A stretch of 57,668 nucleotides of DNA from an uncultured Defluviitaleaceae bacterium (GCA_964392115.1 CAYMOU010000001.1:1-57668), one strand, 5' to 3'; counted from the first letter of the stretch, positions 9,835-17,689 are shown. Notes: a model not told the origin generated them from the letters alone. Made by a program: numbers and translations.

Positions 9835-9942
9835 TGCTGATTTACCCTCCGTAGATAATTCTGAAAATTAAGCGAATACAGACAAACAAGGAATGAATAA
9901 ATACCTATATTATAGGATTATTTAATCAGGCGGTGTTTTCCG

Positions 9943-11469
9943 GTGAAAAAAGCAGTTGTATATTGCAGAGTTTCCACAGACAAGGAGGATCAAAAGAACT
10001 CCTTGGATAATCAGCGAAAATTCTTTTCAGAATATATTTCTCGTAACCCGGAATGGGAATTCGTTGATATATATGTGGACGAGGGATTAAGCGGCACAAG
10101 TACAAAAAAAAGAAAGGCCTTCAATCAAATGATAGCAGACGGCGAAGCCGGACTTTACGACTTGATTCTGACCAAAGAAATCAGCCGTTTTGCCAGAAAT
10201 ACCTTGGACAGCATATATTACACCCGTTTATTGAAATCTAAAAATATCGGGGTATATTTTATAAACGACAATATAAATACCCTGGACCCGGACAGCGAAT
10301 TAAGGTTAACCATAATGGCAAGCATCGCCCAGGAGGAAAGCCGCAAGACCTCCGACAGAGTAAAATGGGGTCAAAGGCGTTCTATGGAAAAAGGCGTGGT
10401 TTTCGGTGCAAAGGTCTACGGATACAGCTTGGTAGGCGGTCAACTGTCTGTGAATGAGGAAGAAGCCCGGGTTGTGAAACTTATCTTTTTCAAGTACCTT
10501 ACCGAAGGCAAAGGGGTAAATATCATAGCCAGGGAATTGGACGAAAGAGGTATAACCACTCCAACCAAAATCAAGCACTGGACACAGGCCACAGTCTTGC
10601 GGATTCTAAAAAATGAAAAATACGCAGGCGTCTTAAAACAAAAAAAACAAATCACCACCGATTATCTTAATCATTACAGAAAACGCAACGAAGGCGAAGA
10701 GGACTTTGTAATAATACAAGATCATCACCCGGCAATAATCCAAAAAGACACCTTTCAAAGGGTACAGGAGGAGCTAAAAAGACGACTTAACCATAAGTTT
10801 GACAAAACCAAGTATTCCAACAGATATTATTTTTCCGGGAAAATAATTTGCGGTCAATGCGGAACTAGATTTAAAAGAAGATGCTACAACCGTAAAGCAA
10901 AAAATCCCCAAACCGTATGGGAATGCGGAGCTTCCGTAAGGTACGGAAAAAAGAAAATAAACCAAGCAGGTTTAGAAGTGGGCTGCGATAACAAATTTGT
11001 AAAAGAAGAAGCTTTAAAATTGGGCTTATTAAATGCTTTGGATATTTGCCTTCCCGATAAGCAAAAAATTATTAATAATATCGTAAAAATTTTAACAAAA
11101 GTATTATCAGCCAATACGAACGAAGATTTACAAACCCAAAATCTGAAAGACAGCATCCAACGCATTGAATCCAAAAAGAAAAAACTAGTTGAACTATATA
11201 TGGATAAGATGATAACAAAAGAGGAATTTCAAGAAACAAACAATGAATTATTGAGATTATCCCAATTATACACCACGGATTTAGAAAAAGCAGCGAATCT
11301 ACATAATCAACAACAAAATCCGGACGAACTTTTACGTATTATTCGTTCAGAGATAGAAAACATAGTGAATTGCAGGGTTTTCAGTGATGAAGTTTGCAAG
11401 AGTGTTTTGGAAAAAATCATTATTCACAGCCGAGATAATATGGAATTTTTCTTAAAGGGAAATTCCTAA
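9943..11469 (+). CDS. large serine recombinase (SpoIVCA-like site-specific recombinase)
   Basis: 508 aa. N-terminal resolvase catalytic motif VVYCRVSTDKEDQ. Recombinase domain. Zn ribbon CGQCGTRF...WECG. Coiled-coil C-terminus. GTG start. Confidence 0.9.
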   Translation: MKKAVVYCRVSTDKEDQKNSLDNQRKFFSEYISRNPEWEFVDIYVDEGLSGTSTKKRKAFNQMIADGEAGLYDLILTKEISRFARNTLDSIYYTRLLKSKNIGVYFINDNINTLDPDSELRLTIMASIAQEESRKTSDRVKWGQRRSMEKGVVFGAKVYGYSLVGGQLSVNEEEARVVKLIFFKYLTEGKGVNIIARELDERGITTPTKIKHWTQATVLRILKNEKYAGVLKQKKQITTDYLNHYRKRNEGEEDFVIIQDHHPAIIQKDTFQRVQEELKRRLNHKFDKTKYSNRYYFSGKIICGQCGTRFKRRCYNRKAKNPQTVWECGASVRYGKKKINQAGLEVGCDNKFVKEEALKLGLLNALDICLPDKQKIINNIVKILTKVLSANTNEDLQTQNLKDSIQRIESKKKKLVELYMDKMITKEEFQETNNELLRLSQLYTTDLEKAANLHNQQQNPDELLRIIRSEIENIVNCRVFSDEVCKSVLEKIIIHSRDNMEFFLKGNS

Positions 11470-11536
11470 AAAAATAATTTACGCTACCTCTTTCCCAAAC
11501 ACAGTACCCACTGCCGAAGGAGCAATACAAATAGCC

Positions 11537-11980
11537 ATGCAGAACACCGATTTTACCCTGCACAGCAGTAATGTAATGGTAATCGGTTTCGGCAGAATAG
11601 GAAAAATCCTGGCAAAAATGTTGCAGGGCATAGGAGCAAACGTTTATATGGCGGTAAACGGATACGACAAGGCCGCTCTAGCCTCCGGCTACGGCTATCA
11701 TGCGGTAGACGTAGAAAAATTAACCGATTATTTGGGCAATATGAACATTATTTTCAATACTGTACCCAAGATGCTGCTTTACAACGCTAATATGAAGTAT
11801 ATAAACAAAAACTGCCTTATTATAGACCTGGCATCCACACCTTTCGGAGTAAACTTCGAACACAGTAAGGATTTCGGTTTAAATGTGTTGTATGCAAATT
11901 CCTTGCCGGGAAAGGTTGCTCCGGCAACTGTAGGTCATTATATAAAAGAAACAATCTACAGTATTTTAAAGGATATGTAA
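11537..11980 (+). CDS. dpaA: dipicolinate synthase subunit A (SpoVFA/DpaA), C-terminal part
   Basis: Frame is open upstream to the junction (PTAEGAIQIA precedes M 11537). NAD-binding VMVIGFGRIGKILAKML and C-terminal LPGKVAPATVG match the SpoVFA layout. No independent SD. Confidence 0.85.
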   Translation: MQNTDFTLHSSNVMVIGFGRIGKILAKMLQGIGANVYMAVNGYDKAALASGYGYHAVDVEKLTDYLGNMNIIFNTVPKMLLYNANMKYINKNCLIIDLASTPFGVNFEHSKDFGLNVLYANSLPGKVAPATVGHYIKETIYSILKDM

Positions 11981-12207
11981 ACAAAAGCAAAACTCCCGAA
12001 GGCAACCCGCTTGTATTTGTAATATATAATGCCGACCGTTGAGGGTTGGTATTAGTCGGCATTGCTGTTTATACTTACAGGCTTGATTTGCTAATTTTAT
12101 GTGAAAAACAAGGGCTTGTTTGTATAATGTCGTTTTCAGCGGCATTTTCGGCAGTAGCATCTTTAGGAAACCGACTTGAAGCCGAAATGTAATTTGGAGG
12201 GCTGCTT

Positions 12208-12789
12208 ATGAGGCTGGAAAATATCAAAATTGGATTTTGCCTGACCGGCTCGTTCTGTACTTTTACTAAAGTTTTTAAAGAAATAGGAAATTTGGTTAAC
12301 GAGGGAGCAATAGTTACACCCATAATTTCTTCTGTTGTAGACCAATGTGATTCCAGGTTTATTACCGCCGGTGACACTAAGACCGTTCTGAAGGACATCA
12401 CCGGAAATGATGTTATAAACACCATTTCTAAGGCCGAACCCATAGGCCCTCAGAAATTGTTTGATATAATGGTTGTTGCACCCTGTACCGGAAATACCAT
12501 GGCAAAGCTGGCCAACGGTATTACCGATACGCCGGTAACCATGGCTGTTAAGGCACATTTACGCAATAATCTTCCTGTTGTAATAGGAATATCAACAAAC
12601 GACGGTTTGGGAGCCTGTGCAAAAAATTTGGGATTGTTGCTTAACACAAAAAATTTCTACTTTATACCCTTCGGACAAGACGACCCTGTAAATAAAGAAA
12701 AGTCACTGGTTTTGCGTGAAACCAAAATGATGGATGCAGTATGTGAGGCGTTGGTTGGAAAACAATTGCAACCTATGCTTGTGGGCTAA
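12208..12789 (+). CDS. dpaB: dipicolinate synthase subunit B (SpoVFB/DpaB)
   Basis: KIGFCLTGSFCTF, VVAPCTGNTMAKLANGITDTPV and FIPFGQDDP are closely colinear with B. subtilis SpoVFB. GGAGGG SD. Confidence 0.92.
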   Translation: MRLENIKIGFCLTGSFCTFTKVFKEIGNLVNEGAIVTPIISSVVDQCDSRFITAGDTKTVLKDITGNDVINTISKAEPIGPQKLFDIMVVAPCTGNTMAKLANGITDTPVTMAVKAHLRNNLPVVIGISTNDGLGACAKNLGLLLNTKNFYFIPFGQDDPVNKEKSLVLRETKMMDAVCEALVGKQLQPMLVG

Positions 12790-12810
12790 ATTTAATAGCA
12801 GAAATGGAAG

Positions 12811-12846
12811 CTTGACATATTCTTGGGGAGTGTGTCAAGTTTTTTG
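12811..12846 (+). terminator. Rho-independent terminator after dpaB
   Basis: CTTGACA...TGTCAAG stem followed by T7. Confidence 0.6.
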
Positions 12847-12908
12847 ATTTTGGGGATTGGTTGGTAGAGTAACGGTGGGAATATTGGTAATTAATCACAG
12901 GATTGCGC

Positions 12909-13349
12909 TCATTTTGTTATGTAATACAACTCTTGACATGGATAATCAAAAACAGTCAAAAGTTCACCGCATTGAAAGCCCATGTTTTGATATAGTTTTC
13001 TTGCAGCAACACCTTGTTGGTCACCCTCACGATAAGTTATAACTTTTAGTCTTGTTCCCGGCGTGAATTGAGAAATTAATTCTAAAATAAGCGATTTTGC
13101 AATCCCGGTTTTACGATATAGTGGATGCACAGCTAAAAAATTCAATTCGCCGGTACTGCGTGAGAACGCCAAGGCGCCAACTACAGTATCTTCTACTTTG
13201 GCTATCAGAGCCTGTTTATGATGAATACACTCCAATAGAGCTATTTTGTATTCTTCCATATCCAAACCCGGGAAATTTTCTTTTACAAGGTGCAGTAAGT
13301 CCATCCAACCGGTTAAATCCTGCTGTTGAGCAAATGTTATAAACATCAT
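12909..13349 (-). CDS. GNAT-family N-acetyltransferase
   Basis: 146 aa. Acetyl-CoA-binding motif LAVHPLYRKTGIAKSLI. GGAGG SD. Confidence 0.8.
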   Translation of the reverse strand: MMFITFAQQQDLTGWMDLLHLVKENFPGLDMEEYKIALLECIHHKQALIAKVEDTVVGALAFSRSTGELNFLAVHPLYRKTGIAKSLILELISQFTPGTRLKVITYREGDQQGVAARKLYQNMGFQCGELLTVFDYPCQELYYITK

Positions 13350-13470
13350 TTGTCCTCCTGTTGTTTAAGTAATTTTCTTTATAAAGAGACTACTACAAAC
13401 TATATTAAACCACAATCATTTTCAGGTACCTCGGGGTGGTATATGCGGAACAAGGTTTGCATTAAAAAGG

Positions 13471-13499
13471 TTGACTAAAGGTAAATTAAGTGTTACTAT
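13471..13499 (+). promoter_or_regulatory. sigma-A-like promoter of the hydrogenase-maturation operon
   Basis: TTGACT, 17-nt spacer, TACTAT with upstream TGT (extended -10 like). Confidence 0.45.
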
Positions 13500-13570
13500 A
13501 AAAGTATACAAAATATCCTTTTGTTTTCATAATAATTTAATATATTATCCCAACACCTGACGGCAAGGTT

Positions 13571-13756
13571 TTTTCCGAGCAGCAAGGTAGGGTCTGAATG
13601 CATAACCTTTTTTGTCGTGCTATTTTTCACCCTCCTTGTATAATAAGGAGGGTTTTTTGCGCCCTCCAAAGTTTTCCGAGCAGCAAGGTAGGTTGATTTT
13701 TGTTATGCTTTTTTTGCGTACAATTTTTACCCTCCTTGCGAGGGTTTATTATTTTT
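13571..13756 (+). promoter_or_regulatory. tandemly duplicated leader (2 x ~101 nt), each with alternative antiterminator/terminator hairpins
   Basis: The 21-nt block TTTTCCGAGCAGCAAGGTAGG occurs at 13571 and 13672. CAAGGTAGGG can pair with ACCCTCCTTG. The latter also forms CCCTCCTT-loop-AAGGAGGG+T6 (unit 1) or CCCTC-loop-GAGGG+T-rich (unit 2). Confidence 0.55.
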
Positions 13757-13770
13757 AAAAGGAGTTAATC

Positions 13771-14025
13771 ATGAATCACAGACTTGCCGTTATAAGCCTT
13801 ATCCTTTCAGACAGAAACAGTGCCGATGCTGTAAATGAGTTACTGCATAATCACGGAGATATTATTATCGGGCGTTTTGGTTTGCCTTGTCCCAAGTTTG
13901 AAAAAAACGTTATTACTGTAGTGGTGGATGCACCTCAACCTATAATCAGCGGTCTTTCGGGCAAACTGGGCAGAATCAAAAATGTGGTTGCAAAAGTAAC
14001 CTATGCCCCGGATAATGCTCAATAA
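13771..14025 (+). CDS. TM1266-family iron-only hydrogenase system regulator (ACT-like small protein)
   Basis: 84 aa. AVNELLHNHGDIIIGRFGLP...VITVVVDAP...SGLSGKLGRIKNV matches the family normally encoded next to hydEFG. AAGGAG SD. Confidence 0.75.
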   Translation: MNHRLAVISLILSDRNSADAVNELLHNHGDIIIGRFGLPCPKFEKNVITVVVDAPQPIISGLSGKLGRIKNVVAKVTYAPDNAQ

Positions 14026-14114
14026 AGTTTTGTAAGTAAGGAAAAGGCGGTTTCAGGGTAGGAAATATATTTTTAGCTGTATTATAAGCTTATAAACTTG
14101 CTTTATGAAGGTTT

Positions 14115-14215
14115 ATACTAATTCCATATTTAATGAAGGATAAAAATTTGCAAATTATCATTGAATCTTTGCTAAATTGCAAATTTTTATCTACTGTTTT
14201 AAATGGAATCAGTAT
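14115..14215 (+). repeat. ~101-bp nested-palindrome intergenic repeat, copy C1
   Basis: Outer IR ATACTAATTCCAT...ATGGAATCAGTAT. Inner IR GATAAAAATTTGCAA/TTGCAAATTTTTATC. Near-identical to 41984-42085. Confidence 0.85.
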
Positions 14216-14247
14216 TACATCATTAAAATTAATCCTGAGGTGATAAA

Positions 14248-15651
14248 ATGTATAACTCCAAATCCAAAACCGCCGAAAAATTTATCTGTAACAGCGAAAT
14301 CATCGAAACTTTAGAATACGCCGTAGAGGCAGGAAAAAATGAAGAAACAGTACAAAACATACTGAATAAGGCTGCTTTGTTTGGCGGCTTAACCCATAGA
14401 GAAGCAGCTGTATTGTTGCTGGCGGACGACAAATTCGAAGACCAAATTTGTTCTGTGGCTACAAGCATAAAGAATAAAATATACGGTAGCAGAATAGTAA
14501 TGTTTGCGCCTTTATATCTTTCAGACCATTGCGTTAACGAATGCGGATACTGCGGTTATCGTTGTTCAAACAAGACTAACAGAAGAAAACTTACCCAAGA
14601 TGAAATCAAAAAAGAAGTAGAGGCCCTGCAACGTATGGGACACAAACGCCTGGCGCTGGAAACCGGAGAAGACCCGGTGAATTGTCCCATAGAATACGTA
14701 TTGGAGTCCATTAAAACCATATATTCCGTGAAAACAGAACACGGCGAAATCAGGCGTGTAAACGTAAACATAGCCGCAACAACTGTAGAGAATTACGCTA
14801 AATTAAAGGATGCCGGCATAGGTACATATATCTTGTTCCAGGAATCTTATCATAAACCCACGTATCAAATGTTCCACAAGGCAGGACCCAAACACAGATA
14901 CGACTACCACACCGAAGCCATGGACAGAGCCATGGAAGGCGGTGTCGACGATGTTGGCGTAGGCGTACTTTTCGGTCTGTATGACTATAAATACGAAACC
15001 GTCGCCATGCTTATGCACGCAGAACACTTATCGGATACCTTCGGCGTAGGGCCTCATACCATGAGTGTTCCGAGAATTTGCCCGGCACCCGGAGTAAGCA
15101 CTGATGAATTTCCTTATCTTGTTAACGATAAAGAGTTTAAGCGTATAGTAGCCGTATTACGTTGTGCCGTACCCTACACAGGTTTAATCCTTTCCACCAG
15201 AGAACAAGGCGACTTCCGTGATGACCTTCTGAAAGTGGGTATTTCTCAAATTTCCGCAGGCTCCGCAACAGGCGTAGGCGGTTACAGTTTAGAAGCAAGC
15301 CAAGCACCCCAATTCGAAATCCACGACCACAGAAGCTTAAACGATATGGTGGGCATACTATCCGAATCGGGTTATATTCCCAGCTTTTGTACAGCCTGTT
15401 ACAGAGAAGGAAGAACCGGCGAAAGGTTTATGCGACTTGCCAAAACCGGACAAATCTCCAACGTCTGCCTTCCTAACGCTCTGCTCACTCTAAAGGAATA
15501 CCTTTTGGACTATGCAGACGAAAAAACCAAAATTGCCGGTTTAAAACTTATAGAAAATCAGTTAAACTATATAGATAACAACATCATGCGTACTAAAACA
15601 GAACTTTGGCTTGATAAAATGGATAGCGGAGAGAGAGATTTCAGAGTATAA
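14248..15651 (+). CDS. hydG: [FeFe]-hydrogenase H-cluster radical-SAM maturase HydG
   Basis: 467 aa. Radical-SAM CVNECGYCGYR. ThiH-like core. C-terminal Cys motif SFCTACYR. Confidence 0.9.
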   Translation: MYNSKSKTAEKFICNSEIIETLEYAVEAGKNEETVQNILNKAALFGGLTHREAAVLLLADDKFEDQICSVATSIKNKIYGSRIVMFAPLYLSDHCVNECGYCGYRCSNKTNRRKLTQDEIKKEVEALQRMGHKRLALETGEDPVNCPIEYVLESIKTIYSVKTEHGEIRRVNVNIAATTVENYAKLKDAGIGTYILFQESYHKPTYQMFHKAGPKHRYDYHTEAMDRAMEGGVDDVGVGVLFGLYDYKYETVAMLMHAEHLSDTFGVGPHTMSVPRICPAPGVSTDEFPYLVNDKEFKRIVAVLRCAVPYTGLILSTREQGDFRDDLLKVGISQISAGSATGVGGYSLEASQAPQFEIHDHRSLNDMVGILSESGYIPSFCTACYREGRTGERFMRLAKTGQISNVCLPNALLTLKEYLLDYADEKTKIAGLKLIENQLNYIDNNIMRTKTELWLDKMDSGERDFRV

Positions 15652-15689
15652 AATTACATTATAGTTTACCCTACATTAAATTATAAAGT

Positions 15690-15750
15690 CTTTTTGAAGG
15701 GAGTTTGAGAGAAGACTTTTTCTTCAGAAAAGCTTTCCCTCAAGGTTTTT
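15690..15750 (+). repeat. GAGGGA-type palindromic hairpin (family copy b) between hydG and hydF
   Basis: CTTTTTGAAGGGAGTTTGAGAGAAGACTTTTTCTTCAGAAAAGCTTTCCCTCAAGG; about 90 percent identical to 55861-55925. Confidence 0.7.
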
Positions 15751-15775
15751 AAAAACTACCCATGGAGGAATAACT

Positions 15776-16957
15776 ATGTCTTTGCAAAACACTCCACAGG
15801 CAAACAGATTGCACATAGCGTTTTTCGGCAGACGCAACGCCGGTAAATCATCGCTGATGAATCGCTTTGCCAACCAAAATGTAGCCATCGTTTCTGATAT
15901 TCCCGGCACAACCACCGACCCTGTCACAAAATCCATGGAATTGCACCCTCTGGGACCGGTTGCGCTTATAGACACCGCCGGCTTTGACGACGAAGGCTTA
16001 CTGGGCGAGGCACGCATAGCACAAACCCGCAACGCCCTCAAGAAAACAGATGTTGCCGTTATGGTTTTAAGACAGGGCTGTGATTTAAGCTTTGAAACGG
16101 AATGGTTGGAATCCGCAAAAAAACAGGGCACAGTGGCTATAGCCGCCGTAAACGCCTGCGATTTGCATACAAACTATGAAGAATATGCAAAATGCCTATC
16201 CAAGCAACTGGATATTCCCGTATGTAACGTCAGTGCCCTAACCGGCCAAGGATTGGGAGAACTTCAACGTCTGATTATAGAAAACGCTCCAACAGATTTT
16301 GAATTGCCTGAAATAGCTACCCACCTTGTAGAAAAAGGCGCTCATGTTTTGTTGGTTGCTCCTCAAGACATTCAAGCCCCAAAGGGTCGCCTGATTTTAC
16401 CTCAACAACAGGTCATCAGAGATTTACTGGACGGAGATTGCTCGGTAACGGTGGTTACCGCAAAAATGTTGGATGAAGGCCTTCAAAAACAGCCGGATTT
16501 GGTAATTTGTGACTCCCAAGTTGTAAAACAGGTCTATGACAAAATACAGGGTAAAGTTCCGCTTACCACCTTTTCCGTATTAATGGCACGCTACAAAGGC
16601 GATATACAAACATTTATTCAGGGTGCCGCCGCCATAGACAATTTAAAAGCCGGAGACAGAGTACTTATAGCCGAAGCCTGTACCCACAATGCTCTGGATG
16701 GCGATATAGCCAGAATACTTCTACCCAAACTGTTAAATCAAGCCGTCCCGGGCATAATTACCGAGATTGCGTCAGGCAAAAATTTCTTAAACCATACCCA
16801 AGATTACGCCTTGGTTATACACTGCGGAGCCTGTATGTTTAATCGTCGATATATGCTTTCACGTATCAACCAATGCAAGCAGAAATCCCTACCCATGACC
16901 AATTACGGTGTAGCAATTTCAAAATTAACCGGAATATTGGATAAATTGGTATATTAA
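15776..16957 (+). CDS. hydF: [FeFe]-hydrogenase maturation GTPase HydF
   Basis: P-loop GRRNAGKSSLMN, DTAG. C-terminal cluster ligands EACTHN...HCGACM. Confidence 0.9.
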   Translation: MSLQNTPQANRLHIAFFGRRNAGKSSLMNRFANQNVAIVSDIPGTTTDPVTKSMELHPLGPVALIDTAGFDDEGLLGEARIAQTRNALKKTDVAVMVLRQGCDLSFETEWLESAKKQGTVAIAAVNACDLHTNYEEYAKCLSKQLDIPVCNVSALTGQGLGELQRLIIENAPTDFELPEIATHLVEKGAHVLLVAPQDIQAPKGRLILPQQQVIRDLLDGDCSVTVVTAKMLDEGLQKQPDLVICDSQVVKQVYDKIQGKVPLTTFSVLMARYKGDIQTFIQGAAAIDNLKAGDRVLIAEACTHNALDGDIARILLPKLLNQAVPGIITEIASGKNFLNHTQDYALVIHCGACMFNRRYMLSRINQCKQKSLPMTNYGVAISKLTGILDKLVY

Positions 16958-16959
16958 GA

Positions 16960-17007
16960 AAAAGGTTCGATAAATTATTTAGATTTATCGAACCTTTTTT
17001 CTGTTTT
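16960..17007 (+). terminator. Rho-independent terminator after hydF
   Basis: AAAAGGTTCGATAAAT-loop-ATTTATCGAACCTTTT followed by a T-rich tail. Confidence 0.75.
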
Positions 17008-17064
17008 AAAACGCCCATTGTATTCCTATTCCTCTTTAGCTTTATAGTCAAATGCTAGTTAAAG

Positions 17065-17159
17065 AGTAACAAAAGCGTCTATTCGCAGTGGTGAGCGACC
17101 GGTGGTTTTCCTTGAAAAACACATGAGCGAACCGTTTACGAAGAATAGCTTTTGTTACT
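17065..17159. other. 95-nt long imperfect hairpin in convergent intergenic region (possible sRNA or structured element)
   Basis: AGTAACAAAAGC...GCTTTTGTTACT outer stem extended by CTATTC/GAATAG. Internal direct repeat TGAGCGA(C/A)C(C)GGT/CGT. No T-run. Confidence 0.3.
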
Positions 17160-17168
17160 ATTCCTTGT

Positions 17169-17675
17169 TCATTTGACTATAATAGCCTTTTCCACAGCCT
17201 CTAGCAATGCCTTTTGGTTGGGAAACAACATACGTCTGGGAGTTACGGTTAATATTCTGTCTTTAATCTTCTCTAAGCTGCTTTTGCTGTAAAATTCTAC
17301 AAAAACCATAAGCTCACTTTCTACAGCCAGCATAAACCACTGCTCGGGTGTTTTTTTATCGGTACTTTTTGAAGCCAAAACAATATCCGCTGCGGACATT
17401 GCAAGTTCGTCGCAGGTTTCCGGGTTTTGTAGTTTAATATCGTTAAGAATAACCAAAAGCTCGTTCAGGAGTTGTTTTTGCTTCACATGAAAATTTTCGT
17501 GTTCATATTGGTTTGCCGACGGTCCGGAAAACCAGCCGGAAAATAGATTTGATCCTCTCTCTTTTGCAGTTTTATGCTTTATTTCCGAGAAAGATTTGTA
17601 TAGTTCTTCCAGATGACCCAGTATATTTTGAGCAGTCGTTATTTGTGTGTTTATTTCCTTATCTATAAAAAACAA
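17169..17675 (-). CDS. hypothetical protein
   Basis: 168-aa ORF with no recognisable motifs. Strong AAAGGAGG abuts the annotated TTG, so the start is uncertain. Confidence 0.5.
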   Translation of the reverse strand: MFFIDKEINTQITTAQNILGHLEELYKSFSEIKHKTAKERGSNLFSGWFSGPSANQYEHENFHVKQKQLLNELLVILNDIKLQNPETCDELAMSAADIVLASKSTDKKTPEQWFMLAVESELMVFVEFYSKSSLEKIKDRILTVTPRRMLFPNQKALLEAVEKAIIVK

Positions 17676-17689
17676 CCTCCTTTAAAAGT

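Larger units (their letters stand above)
6519..11515 (+). mobile_element. ~5.0-kb sporulation-gene intervening (skin-like) element inserted in dpaA
   Basis: The two dpaA halves flank the element. Junctions share CC(T/C)ACTGC(A/C) at 6510-6518 and 11507-11515. Joining at the ACTGC core gives ...NAIPTA-EGAIQIAMQ..., colinear with B. subtilis SpoVFA ...NSIPTVEGTIMLAIQ.... A large serine recombinase gene ends 40 nt from the right junction. Confidence 0.85.

Noticed and set aside
6519-11515. The possibility that the dpaA insert is a prophage or an IS/transposon
   Set aside because: It has no capsid, tail, lysis or replication genes, no transposase, and no terminal inverted repeats or target duplication. 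A single large serine recombinase next to an att-like core fits a skin-type intervening element instead.
12028-12063. Hairpin AATGCCGAC...GTCGGCATT in the unusually long dpaA-dpaB spacer
   Set aside because: The 9-bp stem has an 18-nt loop and no T-run. That is insufficient to call a terminator or regulatory element; it is noted only.
12075-12558. Minus-strand ORFs of 122 and 131 aa overlapping dpaB
   Set aside because: They are antisense to a very well supported dpaB reading frame, with no SD and no recognisable motifs.
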